From Felis catus (Eukaryota): a stretch of 64,000 nt of DNA. Of this stretch, positions 37,877 through 52,650 are shown piece after piece. The position numbers and the translations under genes are program-made. Position 1 is the stretch's first letter; each line of letters begins with the position of its first letter. The notes under the pieces were generated by a model, which did no database searches, was not told the DNA's origin, and saw only the letters and a program-made list of their open reading frames with translations. The DNA lies in assembly GCF_018350175.1 (NCBI RefSeq), contig NC_058368.1, forward strand, positions 146,260,001-146,324,000. The letters run 5' to 3'.

Positions 37877-40800
37877 ACTTTCATTCCTAAATTACTAGAA
37901 TGGGGATAATATTGACATGATTAGAAAAATATTGAATAATATTATGTTTTTTATCATTAAAGTTTAGGAAACTGGAACGTGAAAACATTGTTTCAAGAAA
38001 CGATTTCTTCTATAGAAAGTTAGCTTAATATTTTTAATTGCCTTGGAAATTTAAAGGTAAATTGATTTAAAAAAAAACTGAATTTACCCTTTAGGTAGGT
38101 GCTGGCATGCTATTAATTAAAATTATAGGAAAAAAATAATGAAAATTCTAGGAATGAATTATTAATTTAAAAAAAGTCTTCAATTGGGAATTCTGTTAAG
38201 ATTAGTATGGATAATCAATGCTTTTAAAAAAAATACTAAACAAATGGGAAAATAGTCATCCTCTTTGCATTTAGTTTTCCTGAATTGTGTGACGTTTGTA
38301 TTATTAAAAGTAAATAGCCCAGTGTTTGTGACATAAACCTTTCTTTCCTTTTTATTGAGTAATATATTTGGTCCTGTCCTTGAATTTTTATAATATGATA
38401 GAACTTAAAAAAAAAAATTATTACCGTGCTTTTGGTTTACAATTTACATTTTTTTTTTCTTTTCCTCCTTAAGAAAAAAATAAGGTTAAACAAAATAACA
38501 TGATCAGGAATCTAATTACAGACTCTTAGTGGCAATGTGCTGTGTACTAATCTTTATTCTGAACTCACTTTAGGTATCAGCCTACTTTTCTCAACAAGGG
38601 GGCACTTAAGTTAATTGCTTCATTAGAAACATGCATTTAGTCTCTTCTGATCTGGCATAGCTGCAGAAGTTTGAACACCTGCAGCCCAAGCAGCTTGAAA
38701 AGAAGCTGTAATTTAACTATAAAGGAAAATAAAAGAAGCTCAAGTTCAAAATGGTGTTATCAATGATACAGTGTTGTCACTAACTTGAGCTGACCTAAGA
38801 GAGTTGGCTTCTGCACTGCTTCTTATCAGCATCCAAAAGGGCATACAAAATTCTTTGTAAACTAATTTAAAAAGCGTCTTGTTTATTCAGAGGCAACTGT
38901 GAATGGTATTTGTTCAGAGTGTAGATCACATCAACTGCATACCAGCCAACAACTTATTTCTCTCCTAAGAAGGAAGCCAAGTATCAGAGACACAAAGTAC
39001 TAAAGATAAGCTTCTCAATTCTCAACTGTTCTGAGCTCTCAATAAAGCTACTGATGTACAAATTGGGGTGGGACCCAACTGTTTCCACCTGCAGGCATGT
39101 CTTAGATCCTTGGCTCTGGCTGGGAGAGGTGCTGATACCAGTGCGACCTTTAGTGCCCTTAGAAAACAAAACATAGGCTTTCTTATGGCCCTAATCAATC
39201 AGTCCTTCTGAAGAGGATTCCACCCCTTTCTTGAAGTATTCTTGGGGCAGAAAAACTGTGGCTGAGTATTCCCATTTATAGGGCTGGCGAAAGCAAAGAC
39301 ATCATTGGTTTGCCCTTAGGAATCTTAAAAGACATGGCAAGTCATCCTTTCTTCTGCTTTGTGGTTGGTTCTTAGATATTTTGTATTTGATATTTAATGA
39401 GGGGGTGACCTCAGTAAGTAAAGAATGAATTTCTTTCAAAAGTGGTTCAAATAGTATATTATCAGGAAATTAAAACTCGGTTGATAGAAGACATATCTGA
39501 GGCTACTGAGGCACTCACTACAAAGTATTTACAGGATACTGACTTGTGCTATTAATATGCAAGTGCTTAAACATGACTCACAGCATCCACAGTTTCAAAT
39601 CTGAGTACAATAAAATAATGGAATCTTTAAAATAATTTGATTTAGTTTTAGCTATAAAAACCTAGAGTTGACCAGACATTGGAAAATATTTGAAACATGA
39701 ATAATTCAAAGATATTAAAACAAATCTGATCCCTAAATGTCTTTTTAACATTATTGAGGTTAAAGCCCTGTGTATCATTGTGAAAGTAGGATGAAGTATC
39801 TGAAATAATCAATTTTAGACTACTTTGTGTCAATAATTAATTTGTCTTTTGGCCCCCCTAGGGTAAAAATATCAGTGAAACCAGTTGCTTTTTATCAGCA
39901 GTTCTAAGTGCTGAGTTTTCTTTTTCACAAAGTTACATTAATTGCTAACAATGGCCATGTTCTTGAGGCTTATTTAAGATGAAATAATCAGTGTCAGTTT
40001 GTGTATCTGTGTGTTTGTATATAAGTTCTAGAGGCAAAAAGTGGCCTTCATAAGTAGTTTCTATTACCCTCCCCCAACCAAAGTTGTGGATTTGAGGCCT
40101 ATGAGAATTATGTAAGGCTTTTAGCTATGTGTCTTTTTCAATGAATGGCATAGAAAAACAGCAATATGCATTTTCCAGTAATTTTCAAATTTAAGGATTA
40201 CAGAGCATGTGGGTAATTAGCTGCATGGTTTTGACTAATTGATTTAAAAGAAAATATTCCCAAATGAATAAAGCATTTCAGAAGTAAGCACATCTAGGCA
40301 AAAAACAAAACAAAACAAAACAAAACAAACAAAAAACCCCCAAAAAACAAAACAAAACAAAAAACCTCAGTGTAGGAAAATTTTTGACTAAATGAAATAT
40401 TTAAAAAGAATTATATTTTTTCAGTGATTATGTTATAGTCAAGTCTACAGGTTTGTATATTTTTAACACAAACATGCTTAATTGATGTGGCTTCAAGTAT
40501 GGTTATTTTAAAACTTTGTCTCTTACTGGGAAGAAGAATAAACATTCCTCTGAGTACACTTTAGGTAGCAGTTAGAATTATTGTTAATTTATCAATTTAG
40601 AGGTATCTTACATTCTTAATTTTAGATACTCTTTCTTTTATTCTGGAAATTGCCCTGCTTCCTTACGCTTTTTACTGTAAGATAGAATAGCTCTAGCATT
40701 CTATAATTAAGCATCTCCTCCACTCCCAGAAGATAGAGATTTGTAGTAAAATTGGTTTTGTGAAGAGCTGACAAAGTGAGTTGTTTTTATTTTCATATTC

Positions 40801-40909
40801 ATTTGTGTGAAGAGCTGACAAGGGGCGTTTCTTCATATTTCAGTTGTTGGTATTCTCATATGCAATTGTTAATTGAGAAAAATAATATGCTTTATGAGAA
40901 TGTAATAGT

Positions 40910-41143
40910 TTTTTTAAATAAAAAATTAAAAAAAATTGTTAATGTTTATTTTTGAGAGGGAGAGACAGAGTACAAGCGGGGGAGGGGCAGAGAGAGACAC
41001 ACACACACACACAGAATCCAAAGCAGGCTCCAGGCTCTGAGCTGTCAGCAAAGAGCTCGATGTAGGGCTTGAACTCACAAACCATAAGATCATGACCTGA
41101 GCTGAACTCTGACGCTCAAACGACTGAACTACCCAGGCGCCCC
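40910..41143 (-). mobile_element. CAN-SINE
   Basis: Full-length, ends acccaggcgcccc. Confidence 0.92.
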
Positions 41144-41349
41144 AAGAATATAGTAGTTTTAAATTGAGAAAGTTAATTAAAACTGCTTTAAGATTTTGCT
41201 CTTGTTGAAACTTACTAATCAGTTGTCAGTCAAGTGTCAGTTAACAATTTACTTTGGATTTTTACAGCATGTTAATACATTTTGTTCATAAAAACGGAAG
41301 AAATTTTGTACCTTCTCCCTGAATAAAAGATTAAAGAATTCTTTTTAGC

Positions 41350-41577
41350 TTTTTTTTTTATTAACAAAATTTTTTTTTAATGTTTATTTATTTTTGACAC
41401 AGAGAGACATAGAGCATGAGCAGGGGAGGGACAGAGAGAGAGGGAGACACAGAATCTGAAGCAGCTCCAGGCTCTGAACTGTCAGCACAGAGCCTGACAC
41501 GGGGCTCGAGCTCACAGACCGCAAGATCATGACCTGAGCTGTTGGATGCTTAACCGACTGAGCCACCCAGGCACCCC
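41350..41577 (-). mobile_element. CAN-SINE
   Basis: TSD aagaattctttttagcttttt. Confidence 0.93.
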
Positions 41578-41804
41578 AAGAATTCTTTTTAGCTTTTTCA
41601 GGATCATCTAGCAAGAGATTCATGCTTTGTGATTAAAGAATAATTCTAGTTTTTCATCTTTGGCAATTTGTGTGCTTTGTTCCTGGTTTTGACTTTTTGT
41701 AATGTTTTTTTTTTTCTTTTTGTAATGTTTTTTTCTTTGTATATTTGTAATTTTTAGGGTAGTTTTTGTTTTGGATGTTGGTTTCTACAGCTTAAGTATC
41801 TCTC

Positions 41805-42029
41805 TTTTTTTTATATAAAATTTTTCAACGTTTGTTTTTGAGAGAGTGAGAGACCGAGTGCGAGTGGGGGAGGGGAAGGGAGAGAGGGAAACACAGAGTC
41901 TGAAGCAGACTCCATAGTCTGAGTTGTCAGCATCAAGCCCAGTGTGGGGCTTGAACTCATGAACTGTGTATGAGACCATGACCTGAGCCGAAGTCAGATG
42001 CTTACCGGACTGAGCCACCAAAGTGCCCC
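41805..42029 (-). mobile_element. CAN-SINE
   Basis: Full-length diverged copy. Confidence 0.9.
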
Positions 42030-42099
42030 TTTCAGCCTCTCTTAATGAAGTGCACATGGTCAAGGGATATTCCAGTATTAGAAGGAATATAGTTATTTG

Positions 42100-42260
42100 C
42101 TTTGAATCAAATATGTGTCATACCACAGTTTGGTAAGTTTGAGGTCAATTTGGGCAAGATTCTAGAGTAAATTAGCAGAAGAATGGTTTTTGAATTCATA
42201 GAAAAAGAACCTCTAATCATTAGAAATGAAAGTGGGATTAGTAAGAAAAGTCTTTATTCT
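42100..42260 (+). mobile_element. CR1/L3 fragment
   Basis: Translates KILE*ISRRMVFEFIEKEPLIIRNESGISKKS, similar to CR1 ORF2 KIMEQII...HLE...I..SQHGF.K.KS. Confidence 0.45.
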
Positions 42261-42482
42261 TCATATTGGTGAGCATAGTTTTTTTTTTCAGCACACAACT
42301 TGGGCAACTCGTTTGGCACTTACGGGCTTCTGTTTTATGTGTAAAAATTATAAACCAATATTGAATAGAACTATGATTTACTGTTTGATGCTTGGTTAAC
42401 TATTGTACAGTGTTCTATTTTACTAATATTTCTTTGGTGCTTTGTGTAGCTGAGAGACCAATATAGAAAACATTATTATTTA

Positions 42483-42703
42483 GGGTGTCTGGGTGGCTCA
42501 GTTAGCTAAATGTCCACTTTGGCTCAGGTCATGATCTTACAGTTCGTGAGTTTGAACCCTGCTTCGGGCTCTTTGCTGACAGCTCAGAGCCTGGAGCCTG
42601 CTTCAGATTCTGTATCTACCTGTCTCTCTCTGCTCCTCCCCCACTCATGTTCTGTCTCTCTCTGTCTCTCAAAAATAATAAACATTAAAAAATTAAGAAA
42701 AAA
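42483..42703 (+). mobile_element. CAN-SINE just upstream of XRCC4 exon 2
   Basis: TSD agaaaacattattattt. Confidence 0.93.
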
Positions 42704-42773
42704 AGAAAACATTATTATTTGATAGCCAAAGTTTCTTACAAAAATATTAATTTAATTATTTTATAACAGGTGA

Positions 42774-42995
<222 letters not shown>

Positions 42996-44036
42996 TAAAG
43001 TGTTTCTTTAGTATGTACTGGGTAAAATGAGCATGATTGCTTTTACTTGTTATTGCTGTCTAATTTACGTGTAGATTTGTTAAGATTGAATGCCATTTTA
43101 TATAATTAATAGAAGGATGGATAAATAAGCATGTAACCCAGTAAATTCTGGTTAGTAGTTTAGTCTTAATACTTAGAGTTGGTCAGGGTTTTTAAATGAT
43201 GTCTTTATACAAAACATAAATAGTACTTTATACATATATGTATTTTCAGGACCCCAGGGAAATACTGGGAGGCATAAGAAGGTGGGTTGGCTGGGCCAAG
43301 GGATTGTGTTGGCTTGGAGGAGTGGGGTGGTAGTGATTTGCTTTTTATTTCACACACTTATGTTGTTTGAATTATTTTCTAGTATACATGCATTACATAT
43401 GTAACAAAAACAAAACAGAATCCATGGTGTAAAATTTTGTAAATCAAGGTTCGAACTGTATGTGGTATTTTCGCTATTACTTCATGAAATAGACTTTTAA
43501 TTTATGTTTGGCAGTGATCTTTTAAAAAGTCTGATGCCCCTGCAATTAATTATTATTTGTGGAACATGGCAGGTCTAAAGTGAAAATACATGGAATTATC
43601 TTTTGCTCATATAGCAGTTTTTATACTCTATTAAAGTATTTTATTGAAAGATTTGAAAAAGTATTTACGCAGTTATGTAACAGTCATTTCTAGAGTTATG
43701 TTGTAAATAATGTTTTAGGTAAAATAAATTTGTCATGTTAATTTATATACCATTTGTATCTTCTATCAATTTTGAAATATTTCCCTAAAACTTGTTACTA
43801 TAATTATTATATCGTCTTTTAAAATTACATGGTAAAGTTTTCTTTCTTGGATGTTAAAAATTCTGTTACACAGTGCAGTCAAACTGAATTTATACTTGCA
43901 GAGTTTATTTATTTATTTATTTTAATTCTCCTTTTTTGACAGCAAGGAATGCTGATGTAAGTATTATTAAAATAAAGAGTTTTCAAGGATAATGTTTGCA
44001 GTACCTGTTATGGTCTCTGTTTAAGCTGTAAATTTC

Positions 44037-44142
44037 CTTTTTTTTTTTTTTTTAAGAGCGCAAGCAGGGGAGAGGGACAGAGGGGGAGGGAGGGAGAGAG
44101 AGAGAGAGAGAGAGAGAGAAAATCTTAAGCTTAGCATGGAGC

Positions 44143-44191
<49 letters not shown>

Positions 44192-44304
44192 TCTTAAGCT
44201 TAGCATGGAGCCTGATGTAAGGCTTCATCTCATGACCCTGAGATTGTGACTTGAGCTGAAATCAAGAGTCAGATGATCAACCAGCTAAGCCACCCAGTTG
44301 CCCC
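44037..44304 (-). mobile_element. CAN-SINE with internal tandem duplication
   Basis: TSD agctgtaaatttc. (GA)n-aaatcttaagcttagcatggagcctga occurs twice. Confidence 0.9.
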
Positions 44305-46084
44305 AGCTGTAAATTTCTATGTAAGAGAAATCAGTTGTTGCCTTTTATGAGTCAGAACTTGTCAGGTTAGTTCTGTGTATGCTGGTAAAGGTGTACCCAG
44401 GTGACAATAGCTCTGTTTTGAAAAGGAGGTGCATAGGGTTGAAGATCATGGCAGTAGGTTAATGCCAGTTATCTGGAGAGAGAGAGTTTCAACTGCACAG
44501 CCCAGGATACGGGTCCTAGGTGAAGTGGTTGCTTGTATGTAGGGAATACTGAATACTTTCTTTATAACATAGATATTCACAGTTGACAAATGGCTTATTC
44601 TGTATAATAAATTATGATTAGACAGATGACTTTGAGATGCTTTAAGAGATGTAATTATCAAAAGAAAATATAAATTGTAATCTAGTTAGTAAACTTCATT
44701 CACCAAAGCAAAGAACAATAAAATGTTGTTTTAATTTTTTTTTATTACTAAGGATTGGGAATAAACGAGTACTCCGATTAACTGTTAAATCTTGATTTAA
44801 CCGGAAATTTAAGTTGAATTTACATTTATGGAACATTTTGTGTATGTCAAACAGAATGTGCTGGCAGTTGTTCTTAATACTATTATTATGAATATTGTTT
44901 CGCTAGGCTAGATTAATTAGGAGCAAGGAATGCATGTGATTCATCAGTTATTGTTTATAAGTATCTAGACCAGTGCCTAGAAAATACATGCTCAATAGAT
45001 ATTCTTTGGAAGAGAGAATGAAAAGATGCCTCAAATATATAAAACTTGCTAGGAAAGAAAAGAAAGAGAACCATTTATTTTAGAGTTAGCATGTTTTTTA
45101 ATGAAAACTCCAGTTGTATTTTTATTTAATGTTGACATTAGTCGTAAACGTAGTATATTTTGCCGTTTGTTTTCCAGCTAATGAATAGTGTGAGAAAAAT
45201 GTGATGTATGATTTCTGTATCCTTGGTGAATTGTTAACATTTTGGCTTCCTTACTAAACAGAATTTCAAGCAGAACATTTTATAATGCACCATATATGGT
45301 CATTTTATTTTCAAAAATATTTAAGTTTTAATCTCACAAATGTTTTATATCTTTCATTATTCATTTCTATTTTCTTGTGTACATTTCAGGGACAAAGTAT
45401 CAAGCCAAATAATATAACATTGTTTCCATGTTTAGTTAAGGCTTATTACATAAATATGATTTGGTTTGGCACTTTATAGATAGACAATAACATGATTAAG
45501 AACATTGAAACAATTACATAATTGAAACATGAAAATGGATTTCCTTCCTATACCTCATCCTGTTTTTTTGTACAATTTTTTGATTGCTGCAACCTTCAAT
45601 TTGGATAATTTTTTTTCTCTTTTCATTTGAGTGAAATTAAAAGGATGTGGGGTTCCTTTTAATCTCCCACACACTAAATTCACTGATTTCTTTTCCATTA
45701 GTAATGTTTTATCTAATGAATGTTTTGAGGTCTAATTATCATGTGGTCTGTCATCACTTCAACATTATAGAGGGTTATATCGCAGAGTTAAGTCACAAAG
45801 TAGGTTAATGATTGATGACTATTATGTGACCTTTATAAGAATTTCAGTCAGTGAGGAGAAACGTATATTACCCATCTCTAGAGTAGTTTAAAGTTCATTG
45901 AAAAGTAAATTAAACTTTATTAACACATTTATTGTCACATAATTATATCTACTTATATGTGGCCTAAGCATTGATATTTAGTGACCTATTTGGAGATTAT
46001 ATGACAGGGTTCAGTGGACAAAGGATTTTTAATAAAGGTAGTAGAGTAGGTCCATGATGTGATATCATCAAAGATCCTTAATAG

Positions 46085-46300
46085 GGGGCGCCCAGGAAGC
46101 TCAGTTGGTTAAGGGTCTGCCTCTTGATTTTTGCTCAGGTCAGGATCTCACAGTTTGTGAGATCGAGTCCCACTTCAGGCTCTACAACTCACAATGCAGA
46201 GCGTGCTTGGGATCCTCCTTGGGATCCTGTCTTTCTCTCTGTCCCTCCCCTGCTCGCATGTGCTCTCTCTTTCTCTCTCTCTCTCAGATAAATGAACATC
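46085..46300 (+). mobile_element. CAN-SINE
   Basis: gggggcgcccaggaagctcagttggttaag... TSD aagatcc(t/c)taat. Confidence 0.88.
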
Positions 46301-48502
46301 AAAACAGCAAGATCCCTAATGGGATAATAAGGTGGTCTTTGAAGCACTGACACAAACCTAGGATATGCACGGTCTTCGGTTCCTTATGCATAAGTATCCA
46401 AAAGAAAAAAAATCTTCGTTCCTTATTTACATCTTCATCTACCCACAAATAGTGTTAAAATGATGCTTTCTTGATTCCTACATGTCTGAGAACAATTCCT
46501 TGGTTTTTGGTCATGTTGGCCTGCTCCCTTTTTATACCATTATTATGCGGTTCAGCTGTATCCTTGCTGAATTTTATTATTTCCATGGCTTTTATTTTTG
46601 GTCACCAAAGGTTTTGGAACATTGAATGCTTACAGCTGTGCTTCTTCCAGATGTTCTTAGCACAAAATTCAAAACTGGTGACCAAGTTTTTCCGGGATTG
46701 AAGTTTTAAATAGGCAGTCAAAATTTCACATTTACCATTAATGGAAATGTTCAAGTACATTTTTTTCTGAATTTTTTTTCTCACAGTTTTTAAAGGGGGA
46801 AGTGTAAATAGAAAATTTCCTTTCATGTTTTTTTTTCTCAAAAATGGCATGTTCCATAACAATAATCATCACTGCATTTCACAGATGGCATAACATAAGA
46901 GAATATTGAAGAGAATACCTAAGATGTTAGCGCTTGAATCTAGGCTGCATAAGGCTGGCATTTTTCTCTGTCTGTTAAACTTGTATCCCTGGTGCGTAGA
47001 ATGTTACCTGGCACAGTAGATGCTGATTAAGTATTGTTTTGAATAAGAGAGTTGAATCAATAAATTCTCGGAAATATTTTCAGGTAGATATCTTTTCATT
47101 TTAATGAAATTTAGAATGCTTTTTACTGGATGTTTCATCAGTAGACATAATTTTCTTTTGTGTTTTCTTATAAATTTTTTCTGTAGTGGCATTAAAGATG
47201 TATTTCCTATTCCTAAATACATTAAAGATGTATTTCCTATTTCTCTGTGAAATATTTTCTCTTCCTAGGTCTTTATAACTTCAAAATTATAAAATATGAA
47301 ATTATTCCTTAAAAGGAAGCATTTGTCTTCTTATTTTTATGTTTTTTTTTTTCAGAAGCACCAATAGGGTATTTAGAAGGTCAGTTAGATTTGATAGTGG
47401 TGGTCATCTTAAATCTGCCTCTGCTTCACAGATAGACAAAATATATGAAAGTATTTTAGAAGCTGTAAAATCACATAAAGAACATAAAATATCTTTAAAA
47501 AGAATATAAAATATCTTTATTCTTACCTCTTTTCAAAGTCTGTGTTAACATTCATATTTTAATATCAGAACTTACCAAAAAAGGGTAATGAAAAATATAT
47601 GGAGATATTTCAAACCCTTTTCTTCATTGCCTGTCATGAGGCTTCCATACACACTTGATAGGATTCAGACCAGTGGAATGAAAATCCATGTTAAATTTTT
47701 GGAGATTCTTTAGTAAAGATGCCATTGTAGTATATTCTGTAGTATATCATACTAATGTATTTTTTTTAATATCATGGAAAGAAATAGTTTTTCCAGTGTC
47801 CCGTATCTGCCTCACCACAAAACAAAACAAGCAGAGAGACGATAAGTATGAACCCCAGTTTGACCACGTATCTACTCTGTGTCCATAGAGCCTTGCTCTG
47901 AGCCTCAATTTTAGGCTCTGAGCCTCAATTTTAGCATTTGAGAAATGAAAATGTCTATCAGTATTATAAGGGATAAAATGGATAAATGTAACCTTTGAAT
48001 ATAAAAAGATGGGACCACATGAGTCTTTCATCATTGCAGTAGCCTGAATTGACACAGGAAACCATCCAACCACACACATGTTTCAAACAAATGTTAGGTT
48101 AAATCTTGTAATTTGAAAAGCAAAAAGACACGTTGCAGCTTTAGAATGTAATAAAGGGAAATCCCCGGTGCCATCTACGAAAAGGTATCGGGAAACCAAA
48201 CTGGCTAATGGGAACTAGAACTTAACTATAGGTCCATGGAATATCTGAACTAGATGTGTGTCTAAATGCCTGTGACTGCACTACCTGAGTGGGGCAGAAT
48301 GTTGAGAGTGCAGGCCTCTCAAGGAAATGGAACTCGCTCTCAATGTCAAGAAAGGAAACTGGAAAGTTACCCTGTTAATGAAATCATCCTAAAAAAGAAA
48401 AACAGAACAAAAACAAAAAGCTACTCTCTGGTTTGAAGATGCAACATAGAATCAGACCAGTCACTAAGAGCTATGAGTGAATAAAAGCGTGAACAAAAAT
48501 CA

Positions 48503-48675
48503 GGGACGCCTGGGTGGCTCAGTCATTTAAGCCTCCGGACTCTTGATTTTGTGAGGTTGAGCTCCACTGGGGCTGCACTTTGAGCACAGACCTTGCTTAG
48601 GAGTCTCTCTCTTTCTTTCTCTCTTCCCCTCCCTCCACTCTCTCTCTTAAAATAAATAATAAACTTAAAAAAAAT
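48503..48675 (+). mobile_element. CAN-SINE (internally deleted)
   Basis: TSD acaaaaatcag. Confidence 0.88.
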
Positions 48676-49607
48676 CCACAAAAATCAGATCCCTAAGCCT
48701 GTGTTACGTATGAATGAGGGGTGGGGGATTTACATTTGAACTCTCTGCTTCAGATGTAAATAACAAGTGAAGAAGGTAACTTTCAAAACTGGTCCAGAGC
48801 TGTTAAGGCCTATAGAGACTCCAAGAAAGTTAAACTAGCAACCTTCATTTAAGGCCACCTCTGTTTCCCAGATCAGATGATACTCTGGCTAGAGGAGAGT
48901 CTTGTTCAAACATTGCAAAGCTTGAAAGGCAAAAAACCAGAATGAGAATGTGTCAGCAGGTAGTAGAAATGGAATTAATACTCTAAGAACCCTGCATGGA
49001 GACCAATCTGAAAGAGATTTTAAGTATATTTAAAGCCTTCCAATATTTAAAGGAAGGGTGTGGAACAGGATATTATGAAAAAGAGAATATCTAGAATTGA
49101 GAATATAATTGTTGAAGTAACAATTTCTATAGATGAATAGAGCATCAGCTTTCAATATACCTAGATGAGAGAATTGGAAGCTGGATCTGTAATATACTGT
49201 ATGTCACACAGGCGACACTCAATAAATATTAATTCCCTTCTCTTTTCTTCCTCATCACTTGCCTCATCCACTTTCTTTATTGTTGGCACATAATGAGATG
49301 AGAAGAATGAACTCCATTTTTACTTTAATTTGACTCAGCCCATGTGAGTGAAAAATAGGCTATAGATTATTTTATCTCTTTAATAATTGAGACAAGAAAG
49401 ATGTTGTAAAATACTGAGCGTATTAATCATCATAAGGAATAATTTATCTGACTTTGACATAGGAGCAGGTATACAAGACGGTAGTTTTTCTAGTAAGTTA
49501 CAATGCATGTATTTCATTTGAGGGCAGAAAAAAATGCAAGGAGTCTAATGTTTTTCAGATGAGATTTGAGGCTAAATGAACATGTTTCTTAAAAATGACT
49601 AGGTTCA

Positions 49608-49810
49608 GGTGCACCTGGGTGGCTCAGTCAATTAAGCGTCTGACTTAGGCTCAGGTCATGATCTCATGGTTCGTGAGTTCGAGCCCCGCATTGGGCTCTG
49701 TCTGCTGTCAGTTCAGAGCCTGCTTCAGATGCTCTGTGCCCCTCTCTCTCTGCCCCTCCCCTGTTCACACACACTCTCTCTCTCAAAAGTAAATAATAAC
49801 ATTTTAAAAA
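49608..49810 (+). mobile_element. CAN-SINE ~180 bp upstream of XRCC4 exon 3
   Basis: gcacctgggtggctcagtcaattaagcgtctgact... Confidence 0.92.
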
Positions 49811-49967
49811 ATTGCTAGTTCAGTTAAATGGTATAATTTTACTTAAAAACGTATGATATGGGGATTGGTTTTACCTTTTGTTTAAATTTCTGTAACATAA
49901 GTGATAAATTAGTAGCAACAGGTAATCAAGTATGTTCTCATGTTTAGGAATTTATTTTTCATTTTGA

Positions 49968-50237
<270 letters not shown>

Positions 50238-51559
50238 TAGCTTATTATTACCAGAATACCTAGGAAATCAAAGTTTGAAAAGTACTTTGTTTCCAAGTTG
50301 GAAGAATGCTTCATTCAACATTATAGTCATTAAATGCTTCATATTAATTAATTGTGAAAAATAATTATTAGGAAATGTATTTAGTTGCTAATGGTTTAAA
50401 AATAAGGATAATAGAGATAATTACATGAATCAATAGTTCTGAAAAGTGGGTCAGAAGCTTTGGACCATTGAGGCAAAGTTTATTGTAATACGTTTTGGAA
50501 AATGCTGATTTTATGAAAGAATATATATTTTCCAATAATATTTAATAATGATGACTTATTCTCAACTTCATTAGAATGTATTTGAAATTACAAATTGAAA
50601 AAATTAAGTTCAGTAAGACATGTCCTTGGGAATTAAGGTATTTTATTTATGTATCAAACTTAGAAATACTAAAATAGGAATAAATTTCAACCCAAGTTTT
50701 TCAAGGCTTACATGCTTTACAGACAAGAATATCTGCTGCTTGTCCTCTTTAGTTCCTATACCAATTCAGATCAAAGTGGGTGGTTTCTGTATCAAACATA
50801 TGCATCAAAATGTACTGTTTATATATTTTACCTAAGTTTATGGTATAATTAGAGATTGAATTACTTGCTTTTGACCAGTGGTTTATCATTCTGATACGAC
50901 GTCTATAGTAGAATACAGGGAGGGAAATTTTTAGCCCATTATGCTTAGAGACAGTTATTGGCAATTTGTGCTGGAACTAAATTGAGTTAAAAAAATTCCT
51001 TTAAAATGACTCTTTAATTCAGAATGATTAAAGGGATTTCACCAATTAGAGAAACATGTAAAGCAACAGATGGAATCATTATTTTGAAATGTATGTTAAC
51101 CTATAGAGAATAACACAGAGAGACTGGCTTCGGTAATTATTTCTGTTTAGAAGATACATACTTTTTCTACTTATCCAATTTATGTAAGTTTCAACATGCT
51201 GAGGTCCTTAAAATGATAATCTAAAATAGGTTAGGTAAGGTCTGAACTGAATACTGAAATTTTGTTATTTATTGCAAAGTGTTCTTTCTTATGACCGAAG
51301 CACAATCAAATGATGTTATGTTCAAAAGAGCTCTCGACTTTTTCTTCTGATACTTTGAAGCAGATTATCATCAAATTGGGAGTAGTACCATTTCCCATTC
51401 AACAAGCATTCATGTGTAATGACTGGCATTATTTCATGTAGCTAGTTTCTGGTTTTTATCTGTTTTATGTACACTGATGTGTGAGAAATTCCAAGATTGT
51501 GAGTTACCTATTGGAAGCCTGAAAGGCTTTTGCTGTATTTGACTTGAGGAGTGTGCTTG

Positions 51560-52650
51560 GATTTGGATGGAGTACTTGCAAGTACATCTGATTTTGCTGC
51601 TTTTGTGAAGAAAGAACTTCAAGGATTCATGATCTATGTCTTTTACAATTGGCTTGGCATGAATCAGCATTAAAAACTGTGACAATTATCCTAAAAGGTG
51701 TCTTGCTTACCACCTTGGATATAATCAACTTTATTGAGAGAGAGAAAACCTTGAAACGCTGCCTTTTCAACAGGTTTTCTCAAGAAATGGAAACAGAATA
51801 AGCGATTCCCAGTATGTCCCAGGATATGTCTTAGAGCACTACACTGTAGTCTAGATAACTGCTTCCTTATTTTTCATCTATTAATTTGCTTATGAGAAAA
51901 AGAAATGGTGCTCTCAGAAGAGTTTCATGAGTTTTTTCATGAGTTGGCATACTTGAAAGATATTTTTGGATATTTGAATGAAGTGTAACTTTCAGTTTGT
52001 GGTGCTGTGGTCAGCCTTATGGATGCAGATGAAAATTACAAGTTCATTTGGCCAAACTGCCATGGGAATCTCCCAGTGCTTCAGGATGTGTTTCTGAAAT
52101 TGAATTTCATAGTGACAATACCTTGTAAATTCATCTGCTGGCAAAAATATGCGGACAGTTGGACACATGGCAGAATCCTTCTTAAGGGTTATAGTGCTTT
52201 GGATGATGTAAAAATTTAAAAGGAATTTGTAATCCTTTGCTTGATGGACACAGACATCCGATTGTGGCCAAAATCTTCTTATACTTAGAAGAAAAGAATG
52301 AATGTAGATTCCGTCCAGAGAGTTGTAGTGAATCATGTCGTTTGTTGTCATAAGGTTCCTCTCTCAGTGCAAAGGATATCCCATGAGTCCTAAGTACAGT
52401 TACTACCAGTTTTATACCTCTCAGGGTCATGGTTTTTAGGCATTTGTTGCCATCAGTTCAAGAAGTTTTATGTTTTTAATTCTGTGCTGGAGATCACTGC
52501 ATAATTTGAGCATTTCGGGTATTCAGTCATATAAGACTTACTTGAAATTTATATAGAATATTCTTTTGCAAAAATCTTTTAAGAGGAAAATTTTTTAAAG
52601 AAAGTAATGGCTGATTTTTGTATTCAAAAATATGTGAGTTTTTGAAAATA
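51560..52650 (+). mobile_element. Fossil hAT (Charlie/Buster-like) transposase fragment
   Basis: LKGVLLTTLDIINFIEREKTLKRCLFNRFSQEMETE* (51691-51801) and ELAYLKDIFGYLNEV*LSVCG (51941-52003) resemble Charlie/ZBED5-type motifs VKIVNFIK...RLF..LCEEMG and LAYLxDIFxxLNxLNLSLQG. Outer limits uncertain. Confidence 0.75.

Noticed and set aside
47188..47925. Short two-copy tandem duplications (also ~34260, ~35595, ~40760, ~60200, ~62815)
   Set aside because: Ordinary slippage duplications with no repeat-spacer or CRISPR-like organisation.
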